A stretch of 64,000 bases of DNA from Candidatus Bathyarchaeota archaeon (GTDB lineage: Archaea; Thermoproteota; Bathyarchaeia; TCS64): the NCBI GenBank assembly GCA_018652685.1, contig JABIBQ010000028.1, positions 34,648 to 98,647 on the forward strand. The letters are read 5' to 3'. Position numbers and translations under genes: made by a program. Under the pieces are notes generated by a model, which worked only from the letters and a program-made list of their open reading frames with translations, had not been told where the DNA came from and searched no databases. Shown in pieces: positions 53,360 to 61,784 of this stretch (the first letter of the stretch is position 1; the number at the start of each line of letters is the position of its first letter).

Positions 53360-54376
53360 CTAACCAATGACGTCCTTGAAGACCCTCATGTGGTTGCCGC
53401 CGAGGATTTTCAGTACGTCCTCGTCGCTGTAACCCCTCTTCACTAACACCCTGGTGACGTTTGGTGTCTTGTCAACGGTCTCGATACCCTCCGGCGGGTT
53501 GCCGATGCCGTCGTAGTCAGAGCCCAGTCCAACATGATCGGGGCCAACCAGCTTCACTATGTGGTCGATGTGATCAACCATGTGCTCAACGGTCGCGCCG
53601 TCTCCTCCCTCCCGAACGAAGGATGGCGCGTAGTTCATGCCGAGGACCCCGCCGTGGTCCGAAATCGCCTTGATCATGTCGTCATCGCAGTTCCTGGCAT
53701 GGTTACACACCGCCCTTGCGTTGCTGTGACTGGCGATGAACGGCCCCTTCATGACATCTGCCACATCCCAGAACACGCTGTCAGCAAGGTGGCTCACGTC
53801 AAAGACCATTCCAAGCCTGTCCATCTCCTCAAGGCCCTGGACCCCTAGCTCAGTGAGCTTGCTCTCGCTCCTCTTTGCGCCTAAACCATCCGCGAAAGGC
53901 GTCCTGTAGTTCCACGCGAAGCTCAGCATCCTGACCCCGAGCCTGTAATAGACTCTTAGTGCTCCTATCTCGCCCATCAACGGCTCCGCACCCTCTAGGC
54001 TCAGCAGTCCGCAAGTCTTCTCCGCCTTCTTCGCATCAACGATCTCGTCGTGGGTGGTGACCGCCACGATCCCGTCGTTTGCCTCGATCTCGGTGTAGAA
54101 CTTGTCCACCATCAGCGTGGCCATCAACGGGGCTTCAGGCACGATTGCCCTCCTCCCCGTGTACACCGCGAATGTCTGGCATGTCACCCCTCCCTCCACC
54201 ATCCTTGGAAGGTCCAGGTGACCGCTCTCGCCCCGTTCCCCCAGTTTCCTTGCCGGAGGTCGTCTATATGGCTGCTTGAGGAACTGCATCAGTGTATCGC
54301 AGTGGGTGTCAACTACTATGGCCTCCTTGTGAAGCCTCATTGCCCGCTCTTCTTGGGTCTTTGTTAGCTCGATCAT
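53360..54376 (-). CDS. Membrane dipeptidase (M19) family
   Basis: DTHCD, LEGAE, DVSHL, ASHSNA...CNH.RN..D, VGLGSDYDG. Confidence 0.93.
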   Translation of the reverse strand: MIELTKTQEERAMRLHKEAIVVDTHCDTLMQFLKQPYRRPPARKLGERGESGHLDLPRMVEGGVTCQTFAVYTGRRAIVPEAPLMATLMVDKFYTEIEANDGIVAVTTHDEIVDAKKAEKTCGLLSLEGAEPLMGEIGALRVYYRLGVRMLSFAWNYRTPFADGLGAKRSESKLTELGVQGLEEMDRLGMVFDVSHLADSVFWDVADVMKGPFIASHSNARAVCNHARNCDDDMIKAISDHGGVLGMNYAPSFVREGGDGATVEHMVDHIDHIVKLVGPDHVGLGSDYDGIGNPPEGIETVDKTPNVTRVLVKRGYSDEDVLKILGGNHMRVFKDVIG

Positions 54377-54491
54377 GGTGTTCAGAACATATTATCCGTT
54401 TTGAGGTTTTTACTGTTTTCCCGTTCCCGTTTTCTTTTGTTAAGGTTAATAAATGAGTCTCATCTAAGTTGACTGAGTCCGAGGAAAACCG

Positions 54492-56546
54492 ATGCTGATC
54501 AAAGAGGTAATTCTAGAGAACTTCATGTCATACGAGTATGCCCGTATACCCCTTAGGGAAGGGGTGAACGTCGTATGCGGACCAAACGGCTCGGGCAAGA
54601 GCAGCCTCCTTCTAGGAATCTGCGTCGCCCTCGGGGACACATACACAGAGAGATCAAAAAAATTAAGCGACCTCATCAGGTGGGGCGCTGATGTCGCCAG
54701 GGTAACTTTGACCCTTAACAACGGCAAAAAGGCAAACGGCTACAGGCCCGTCCCACAGTACAACATGGACGATATCACCCTCACGAGGACCCTCCGCACG
54801 GACGGCAAGTATGGTTTCCAGCTCAACCAGAGGAATGTCTCGAAGATCGAGGTAGTCAGCCTGCTCAAGACTTTCGGTTTCGACCCCAATAATATGCTCA
54901 TCATCATGCACCAGGCCATGCCAACCAGGTTTGCCAACATCAACCCTAAGGAGAGGCTCAAGATACTGGAATCCGCAGTCGGGTATGAGACGTTCAGGGA
55001 TGACGTCATCGAGGCCAAGAGCAAGCTAAGCGGAGTCCTCAGCGAGGAGCAGAGCCTTGGTAGCCTAATGAACCAGGCAAGGGAGACACTCAATTACTGG
55101 CGCGAGCAGAACGAGAGGCTTCAGGAAAAGAAACAACTCCAGACCAGGCAGGTCTTTCTCCAGCAGGAGATGGCATGGAGCCGCGTCGTAATGCTTGAGG
55201 CACAGGTCGAGAAGCTACTGGACCAATTCGGCGACACCGAGAAGGACTTGGCTGATGCCGAGGCCGAGATGGCCAGGAACACCCAGAACATCGTTGACTC
55301 AGAGTCATCTCTACGTGAGATGCGCACCCACAGGAACGACCTCATCGAGAAGAGGATCGCGTCAGAGAGGGCAATCGGCGTAAACGAGTACAGCATCAAC
55401 GCTGCCAAGGAGCAGATTACCCAGCTTGACAGGATACTCAAGAACAGCCAGGAGCAGAGGCAGAGGTTCGAGTCAAGCTTCAAATCATTACTTTCACAGG
55501 TCCAGGGTAGCGATACCAAGCTGGACGATTACTTCAGCCTCTTCACCCAGATCGAGGAGACACAAGTCGAGTCATACGACAGCCTCAATACCGAGTTCGG
55601 ATCACAGAAGATGGTCAACCAGACCAGCCTAGAGTCCTTCTCAAACCAGCTATCAGCGGCAGAGGAGGAGAGCCTGCGCCTCATGAACGAGATGGAGGGC
55701 GTCCGCAGGGGTATCGAGCAGTCAAACGACAAGTACATCGATTCCAGGATCAGGCTGGCCCTCCTCAAGGACAGGAGGCAGAGGCTAAGCCGCAGGGTAC
55801 AGCTACTACAGGGCGAGATTGACAGGGCAAACAGGGATCTGAAGGACTCAGAGGCAGAGGCACTCATCAGGGGCCCCAGGATCGAGACCGGTAGGACCGG
55901 CGACGACATACTCAACGAGATCAGGAAAACCCAGGGCATCCTCATGGGCATGGCAAACATCCCCGACGAGGCCGAGGAGATGTACGAATCCTACAACGAG
56001 ACCTATAAGGAGATTCAGAAGCGCATCGAGGAGGTCAGGGCCAACAGGATCAGAATTCTACAGGAGATCGAGGAGCGCCAGAAGAGGTGGCGAGAGATGA
56101 CCGAGACGATGCTTGACGAGGTCAACATCCGGTACAAGCAGCTTCTCAGGAAGCTCCAGGCCGTAGGCGAGGTCAGGCTCATCAACAACCATGACATCGA
56201 GGAGGCCGGGCTTGAGATGTACGTTGGCTTCAAGGGGGCGGCGACACAGAAGCTGGACCCCTACACCCATAGTGGAGGCGAGAGGAGCAGCAGTGTAATG
56301 GCGTTCCTGCTGGCACTGCAGCAGAACATACTGAGTCCATTCCGGGCAGTGGACGAGTTCGACCTGCACATGGACCCCCAGAACAAGGAGGCCGTCAGTG
56401 ATTTCATCGTCTCTACCATGGCGGGCACAAACGACCAGTATATCGCCATCACGCCTAGCCAGGTCACTTTCAAGGGAACGGATGTCCACATCATCATGAT
56501 TCACAAGTCCGAGACGGTCTCGATACCGAGGCTAGTGGAGGCGTAA
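54492..56546 (+). CDS. Short SMC-family ATPase, Smc5/6- or ClsN-like
   Basis: LENFMSY, Walker A GPNGSGKSS, Q-loop MHQ, long coiled coils, signature HSGGERS, Walker B/D-loop PFRAVDEFDLHMD, QYIAITP. Confidence 0.9.
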   Translation: MLIKEVILENFMSYEYARIPLREGVNVVCGPNGSGKSSLLLGICVALGDTYTERSKKLSDLIRWGADVARVTLTLNNGKKANGYRPVPQYNMDDITLTRTLRTDGKYGFQLNQRNVSKIEVVSLLKTFGFDPNNMLIIMHQAMPTRFANINPKERLKILESAVGYETFRDDVIEAKSKLSGVLSEEQSLGSLMNQARETLNYWREQNERLQEKKQLQTRQVFLQQEMAWSRVVMLEAQVEKLLDQFGDTEKDLADAEAEMARNTQNIVDSESSLREMRTHRNDLIEKRIASERAIGVNEYSINAAKEQITQLDRILKNSQEQRQRFESSFKSLLSQVQGSDTKLDDYFSLFTQIEETQVESYDSLNTEFGSQKMVNQTSLESFSNQLSAAEEESLRLMNEMEGVRRGIEQSNDKYIDSRIRLALLKDRRQRLSRRVQLLQGEIDRANRDLKDSEAEALIRGPRIETGRTGDDILNEIRKTQGILMGMANIPDEAEEMYESYNETYKEIQKRIEEVRANRIRILQEIEERQKRWREMTETMLDEVNIRYKQLLRKLQAVGEVRLINNHDIEEAGLEMYVGFKGAATQKLDPYTHSGGERSSSVMAFLLALQQNILSPFRAVDEFDLHMDPQNKEAVSDFIVSTMAGTNDQYIAITPSQVTFKGTDVHIIMIHKSETVSIPRLVEA

Positions 56547-56547
56547 T

Positions 56548-57321
56548 ATGTCAGAGCTTGAGAGCGTCATCAACCTGTGCCTGATGGTTCAGAGCGGCAA
56601 GATCGAGCCATTCGACATCGATTTTGATTACGTGATGAGTGTTATCAAGAAGAACTATCCAAACCTCAAGAACGTCCAGGAGTTCTGCCTGGACGCACAG
56701 GCGCTCAAGGAGCTGAGCAACGTCCTTGAGCGGCAGAACCAGTGGATCGAGCACCAGTCAACCACGTTGTACAAGGACCCGTTCATGTTGAGCCAGAGCC
56801 TCATGGGCATGGACATCGGGGCCATAGCGAACGCGTTCCTCCGTTCATGGCATCCACTCATGGAGATGGAGCAGATAAGCACCAAGACCTTGGCGGGGAG
56901 CCTGAGCTACTGGGGCGGACTGATACCCTTCGATGAGAGGTGGCAGGACTGCCTAGTGGAGGAGCGAGAAACTGAGTACGCCAGCATGGACGAGGCGATA
57001 GAGCTGGGTTTCATACCCGGAGAGGGGTTCACGGAGGTCGTGGAGAACTTTTGGAAGGAGCTCGGTGAGCGCGTCGGTCCAGGAGGTATAATAGAATACT
57101 GGGAGTGGATAGGGGAGGAGACCTACGAGGCCACCGTATACAGGGCCTACTTAACGGTCTTCATGGTGGGTTACGGCTACGCGAACGCCCACTGGGACCG
57201 ACTCATGGAGGAGAACAAGATCATACACAACGTGGAGCCGCGGCCTGACCCGGGCCAGCAGAAGGTCAGCATACCGACGATGGTAGATTACGAGGAATGG
57301 AAACAATGGCAAAACGATTAA
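56548..57321 (+). CDS. Putative kleisin (ScpA/Nse4-like)
   Basis: Starts 1 nt after the SMC stop; ScpA-like N-terminus (L..V..GKIEPFDID.....I), acidic middle, WH-like C-terminus (YL.VFMV.YG). Confidence 0.62.
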   Translation: MSELESVINLCLMVQSGKIEPFDIDFDYVMSVIKKNYPNLKNVQEFCLDAQALKELSNVLERQNQWIEHQSTTLYKDPFMLSQSLMGMDIGAIANAFLRSWHPLMEMEQISTKTLAGSLSYWGGLIPFDERWQDCLVEERETEYASMDEAIELGFIPGEGFTEVVENFWKELGERVGPGGIIEYWEWIGEETYEATVYRAYLTVFMVGYGYANAHWDRLMEENKIIHNVEPRPDPGQQKVSIPTMVDYEEWKQWQND

Positions 57322-57884
57322 CCAAGACGGAGCAGGTATACCAGAGGAAGCTAAAGGACGCGGTCCACCTACTATTCTTCACACACCACAGGCTGCCCGG
57401 CGTGCGTGGTTGGGAGCTGCGCAAGGAGCTGGGTGCCGACTGGCAGAACATTATCGAGGTTCTGGACAAGCAGCTCCAACCACTTGACCTAAAGGTTACC
57501 CGAGTCTTGGAAGAGCCAGACATCGTGGAGCCCACCAACGCCCAGTTACAGGAGGCGAGGTACTACATCATCATGAGGGGCACCGTTGACCAGAAGACCG
57601 CCAAGACCATCGGCTGGCGAATCGACGACATAGCGGGTCTGGCCGTATCCGTGGCCTATATCATCTCAAAGCAGGGCAAGGTCCCCCGCCAGGACGTGGA
57701 GCGGATACTGGAGGAGAAGCTGCCTGGATGGAGGGTCAAGCTCAACATCGACAGGTACGTCCGCCAGGGTTACCTGGGAGAGGACGACTCGGGTATCCTG
57801 TACCTCGACTGGAGGGCAAGGGCAGAAATTGATACAAAGAAGCTCGTTGATCTCGTGGTCAGTTTCGGAAAGAAAGCGGCCTAA
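57306..57884 (+). CDS. Putative KITE subunit (MAGE/Nse3- or ScpB-like tandem winged helix)
   Basis: Overlaps the kleisin stop; GL.V..AYI....G.V....V..IL, YVRQGYL, DWRARAEI..K.L..LV resemble MAGE WH-B; start at MAKRLT. Confidence 0.62.
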   Translation: MAKRLTKTEQVYQRKLKDAVHLLFFTHHRLPGVRGWELRKELGADWQNIIEVLDKQLQPLDLKVTRVLEEPDIVEPTNAQLQEARYYIIMRGTVDQKTAKTIGWRIDDIAGLAVSVAYIISKQGKVPRQDVERILEEKLPGWRVKLNIDRYVRQGYLGEDDSGILYLDWRARAEIDTKKLVDLVVSFGKKAA

Positions 57885-58255
57885 TCGGAAGGCCCGTACC
57901 TATTTTTAGTGTACTCGTCGAACACGCCGGGGCATGCCTCCGACTCGAAGGGTCCCTGCCACCACTCGTAGAGTATGGCGTCCTCAAGAGGCACCAGAAT
58001 GTGGGCCAAACCCTGGGGAGTCAAGTGTACCTCGTTCTCTGTCAAGGGATACTCGATAATCTTTCCGTCGATCTCCTTGACCACCATCGCCGACCCGCCC
58101 AGCAGCACTGTGTACTGGTCGTAGGGGTGGATGTGGTTGCCTCTGTATGCTCCCTTCTTTGTCTCAAGGAAGCTGCACCACTTCCCGTTGATATCAGCCG
58201 CGTAACCATTACCCACCTTGGGAGTTGAAGCCCAGTCCACTAATTTAAAACTCAT
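57881..58255 (-). CDS. Cupin-fold protein
   Basis: RGNHIHP..QY..LL.G, TP.G.AH; start at MSFKLV. Confidence 0.75.
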   Translation of the reverse strand: MSFKLVDWASTPKVGNGYAADINGKWCSFLETKKGAYRGNHIHPYDQYTVLLGGSAMVVKEIDGKIIEYPLTENEVHLTPQGLAHILVPLEDAILYEWWQGPFESEACPGVFDEYTKNRYGPSD

Positions 58256-58469
58256 TTCTATTAAACCGCCTTCGGGTAGTTGCATGAGTTTAAAGCAATT
58301 CCGATGAAGGGATCACCCGGAATTACCAAAAACAGGCAACTATTAATTGCGGATGGATTGTCCCAATTATCAATACCCCTCGAGTCATTTCAGGGGACAA
58401 TCCATTTTTCAGGGATTAATTTTTAAGCCCTAATCCTATTCAATCCATTAGATTCCCTCTGGTGAAACG

Positions 58470-58865
58470 ATGGCGCAAGATGATCCTAAAATGTTGGGCA
58501 CAGTTAACGAGGTTGGCCTGAAGAGGGACGAACAGGAGTTCAGGAACTATAACCTCACGGTCGGGATCAAGCTCAAGACAGGGAAGAAGCTGACCTACGC
58601 AGAGGGCGCGAAGCTCATCAAGCAGCTTAGGAAGAACCTCCTCGGCAAGAACATTGAGCTGGAGGCCATCGCCGTGCCGTGCCCATTCTGCGGTAAGACC
58701 TACAACAGCGAGACGGGCATGAAGCAACATGTTAGGCGACAGCACGAGGGTGAGGAAGAACCACCCAAGAAGAAACGGGGCCGTATAAAAAAGGCAGCAG
58801 TCAAAAAGCCCACCAAGAAGTCGGCAAAGAAGCCGAGGAAAAAGTCTGCCTCCAAGAAAAAATAA
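58470..58865 (+). CDS. C2H2 zinc-finger protein with a Lys-rich, H1-like tail
   Basis: CPFCGKTY.S..GM.QHVRRQH, then PPKKKRGRIKKAAVKKPTKKSAKKPRKKSASKKK; GGTGA SD upstream. Confidence 0.8.
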   Translation: MAQDDPKMLGTVNEVGLKRDEQEFRNYNLTVGIKLKTGKKLTYAEGAKLIKQLRKNLLGKNIELEAIAVPCPFCGKTYNSETGMKQHVRRQHEGEEEPPKKKRGRIKKAAVKKPTKKSAKKPRKKSASKKK

Positions 58866-58912
58866 CGCGGGTCGGTTTATATTCAGCCAATAGGGGTATT
58901 TTCTGATTTAGT

Positions 58913-60109
58913 ATGGCTAAACCCAAGGTATATTTCGGCTCATTCAACCACGGCAGGATAGCCCGTGAGTTCTCCATGAGTGTAAAATTCGACGAGATAT
59001 TGAACCAACTTGATTTCTCGACGATCAAGAAGAAGGACAAGGTCGCTATCAAGATGCACCTCGGGTTCAAGGATGGATTCCAGACAGTACCCGTCTTCTT
59101 CATCAGGCGACTAGTGCAGAAGGTCAAGGAGACCGGGGCCTTCCCGTTCATCACTGACAACCCCACCGCGGTCTACAACGCCGTTGACCGGGGCTACACC
59201 GCCGAGACATGCGGCTGCCCAATCATACCCATTGCAGGGCTCAAGGACAACTACAAACACAGGGTCGAAGTCAACTACAAGACGGTTGACTTCCTGGACA
59301 TGGCGGGCGTCATGAAGGACAGCGACGTGCTCATCGACGTATCACACGTCAAAGGACACGGGACAGCAGGATTCGGTGGCGCATTCAAGAACATCGCCCT
59401 GGGCGGTTACTGCGGTACAAGCAGATGGAGGAAGATCCACGGTGTCGAGAAGAGCGCTCCCTACTGGGACGCTGACAAGTGCTCACCAGAGCACGGCAAG
59501 AAGCTGGTTGAGTCATGTCCATATAAGGCAATGAAATACGACAGTGAGAAGCATCACCTTGACCTTGGGTTCGGTAACTGTCACAACGGGAACTGCCTGG
59601 AATGTCTCAAGGTGGACGAGGGAGTAGGATGCCTCAGCATCCCAAAGGAGGGCTTCGCCCACTTCCAGGAGCTAATGGCTATCACATCAAAGAAGATTCT
59701 GGAGTGCTACGATGACGACAAGAAGTTTTTCCTCAATTTCATTATGGACGTCACACCCCACTGCGACTGCCTAGGAATGGTGCAGCCACAGGTTGTTCCA
59801 GACATCGGCATAGTCGGCGGACGTGATATCGTGGCCGTGGAGGAGGCAAGTCTTGACCTGGTCAAGAGGGCGCGGTTCCTCAAAGACCAGTTGCCACCCT
59901 ACCTCAAGCACGTCAGCGACGACGAGGCGTTACACCCGTTCCAGCGGATATGGGGCCCATACAAAGACCCATACCTCGTCAATGAGTACGGGGAGAAGTT
60001 GGGGCTGGGCGCACGTGACTACGAGCTGGTGGAGATATTGCCGGCGTCAGAGACCAAGGACCTAGAGCCCGGGAAGCACAGCTTCGAGGACCAGGCAACC
60101 TTCTTTTAA
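58913..60109 (+). CDS. DUF362 Fe-S protein
   Basis: VAIKMHLG, SHVKGH..AGFGGA.KNIALG, internal Cys cluster, DVTP.CDC, PDIG. Confidence 0.88.
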   Translation: MAKPKVYFGSFNHGRIAREFSMSVKFDEILNQLDFSTIKKKDKVAIKMHLGFKDGFQTVPVFFIRRLVQKVKETGAFPFITDNPTAVYNAVDRGYTAETCGCPIIPIAGLKDNYKHRVEVNYKTVDFLDMAGVMKDSDVLIDVSHVKGHGTAGFGGAFKNIALGGYCGTSRWRKIHGVEKSAPYWDADKCSPEHGKKLVESCPYKAMKYDSEKHHLDLGFGNCHNGNCLECLKVDEGVGCLSIPKEGFAHFQELMAITSKKILECYDDDKKFFLNFIMDVTPHCDCLGMVQPQVVPDIGIVGGRDIVAVEEASLDLVKRARFLKDQLPPYLKHVSDDEALHPFQRIWGPYKDPYLVNEYGEKLGLGARDYELVEILPASETKDLEPGKHSFEDQATFF

Positions 60110-60119
60110 TAATGAGAAA

Positions 60120-60194
60120 TGGAGCCTCGGGCGGGAGTCGAACCCGCGGCCAACAGCTTACAAGGCTGCCGCTCTACCACTGAGCTACCAAGGC
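60120..60194 (-). tRNA. tRNA-Thr(TGT), CCA encoded, no intron
   Basis: GCCTTGG acceptor stem; anticodon arm GCAGC-CTTGTAA-GCTGT; T-loop TTCGACT; ends TCCA. Confidence 0.96.
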
Positions 60195-60300
60195 ACGCAC
60201 CATCTAAGACAGGGTCTTGCAGATAAATTTTTGTCTATTCTGGAAACAGAAAACGATTCGTTTAACCGTGGACTTCCGTTTCTCATCCTGATTAGGGAAA

Positions 60301-60945
60301 ATGGTGTCAAAGGACGGTTCAGGGATGAAGATAGCTTACATACTTGTGGTTGCCAACCTGCTGATCAGCGTGGTGACTTACCCCATGCTGCCTGATAGGA
60401 TCATCATGCACTGGGGAGCGGGTGGCGTCCCTGACGGGTACGGCTCAAAGCTGTCAGGGACGTTGCTGATGCAGCTCGTCCAGTTCTTCATGTTGGGGAT
60501 CTACGTGGTGATCCCAAGGATTGACCCCCAGAAGAAGGTCACCATGTCCACCGGGTATTACAAGGACATCATGAACCTGATGCTGGCCTACTTCATGTTC
60601 TTCAACGTGCTTTTCATCACCCAGAACCTGGGCTACGACTACAACATGACCTCTGTTATGATGCCCGCGATCGGCGTGCTCCTGTTCTTCCTCGGGGACA
60701 TACTTGGCAAGGCCGAGCCCAACTGGTTCGTCGGTATGCGGACCCCGTGGACACTGAGCAACGATGATGTGTGGCGTTCAACCCACGAGAAAGCGGGGTT
60801 TCTCTTCAAGGTATGCGGGGGCATATCCGTGGCCGGGGTTCTGTTCCCCGTTTACAGCATTTGGTTGCTGGTGGGCTCCATCACCGTGACTGCTTTCTAC
60901 CTCGTTGTCTTCAGTTACACCGAGTTCAAGAGATTAGAGGGCTAG
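60301..60945 (+). CDS. SdpI/DUF1648 family membrane protein
   Basis: LPDRI..HW...G.PDGY, PNWFVG.RTPWTLS.D.VW..TH. Confidence 0.92.
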   Translation: MVSKDGSGMKIAYILVVANLLISVVTYPMLPDRIIMHWGAGGVPDGYGSKLSGTLLMQLVQFFMLGIYVVIPRIDPQKKVTMSTGYYKDIMNLMLAYFMFFNVLFITQNLGYDYNMTSVMMPAIGVLLFFLGDILGKAEPNWFVGMRTPWTLSNDDVWRSTHEKAGFLFKVCGGISVAGVLFPVYSIWLLVGSITVTAFYLVVFSYTEFKRLEG

Positions 60946-61712
60946 GGGTTCGCCCTGTTCAAGTCAAAACCCCTCTGCTTCAGCTGTTTCTTCATGGGCC
61001 CGGGGTCCGGGCTCCGCTGACCGATCTTTCGGCAGATATGCTCGGTCCAGCTGTAGGTGTCAAAGTCGTAGGTCTCCTCCCTCTCCACGGTGAGCTTGAT
61101 CATGGCGTTCTTGCTGGAGTAGTAGTCCTGGGCCAGGTAGCCGTCGTCCATCACCTTCATGGCCTCCCTGACCTGGTCGTCGGTGAAATGGGTGTACTTG
61201 TCCTCGAACAGCGTGTACCCCAGCGGGTACCTGGGCCTGCAAGGTGGCGCCTCATCAGGGTAGCCCATTGTCAGCTGGACCATGGGGAAAACCCTCTCGG
61301 GAAGGGCATACTGCTCCGCGATCTTGTCCGCATAGCTGGGGGCGGCCCCGAGCAAGCAGCTGCCCAACCCTAGGCTCCTACCGGAGATGATCAGGTTCTG
61401 AGCCGCATACGATGCGTCCTGCACCGCCATCCAGATGGAGTTGAGGTCGTTGGTCCTCCGCTTCCAGCCCCTGACCTCCATTATGCGCTCGAACTTGTAC
61501 ATGTCAACGCATACCGTGAACAGCAGCGGTGCCTTGAACGCGTTCTTTGGCCTGTCCCTGCTCAGCAAAAAGCTGTACGACTGGGCCGCGAAGGGTGCCT
61601 GCTGGGCCGCACGCACAATGGTCTCTATCACCTCGTCCGTTGGGTCCTGGTCCGAGTACGCCCTGATTGACTTGTGGTCAAGCAGGCACTCGATAACCGA
61701 GTTTGATTTCAT
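60942..61712 (-). CDS. Nitroreductase (NfsA/Frp-like)
   Basis: H.SIR.Y, AAQ.AP, QD...AAQNL......GLG.C..G, L.MGYPDE....RPR.P. Confidence 0.9.
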   Translation of the reverse strand: MKSNSVIECLLDHKSIRAYSDQDPTDEVIETIVRAAQQAPFAAQSYSFLLSRDRPKNAFKAPLLFTVCVDMYKFERIMEVRGWKRRTNDLNSIWMAVQDASYAAQNLIISGRSLGLGSCLLGAAPSYADKIAEQYALPERVFPMVQLTMGYPDEAPPCRPRYPLGYTLFEDKYTHFTDDQVREAMKVMDDGYLAQDYYSSKNAMIKLTVEREETYDFDTYSWTEHICRKIGQRSPDPGPMKKQLKQRGFDLNRANP

Positions 61713-61784
61713 GGTTTAACCTCCCTCCGCGGGCTGATAACTCCTGTCACACCTAAATACGGGGAATCAATCTTTCAGGTAGCC

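Noticed and set aside
54492-58255. Wadjet/MksBEFG defence system or Rad50-Mre11
   Set aside because: No JetD/Toprim nuclease, Mre11, HerA or NurA nearby, no CXXC hook, and the gene order is SMC first.
51053-60194. Integrated element between the two tRNA genes
   Set aside because: No integrase, no duplicated tRNA 3' end seen, and gene content and composition look chromosomal.
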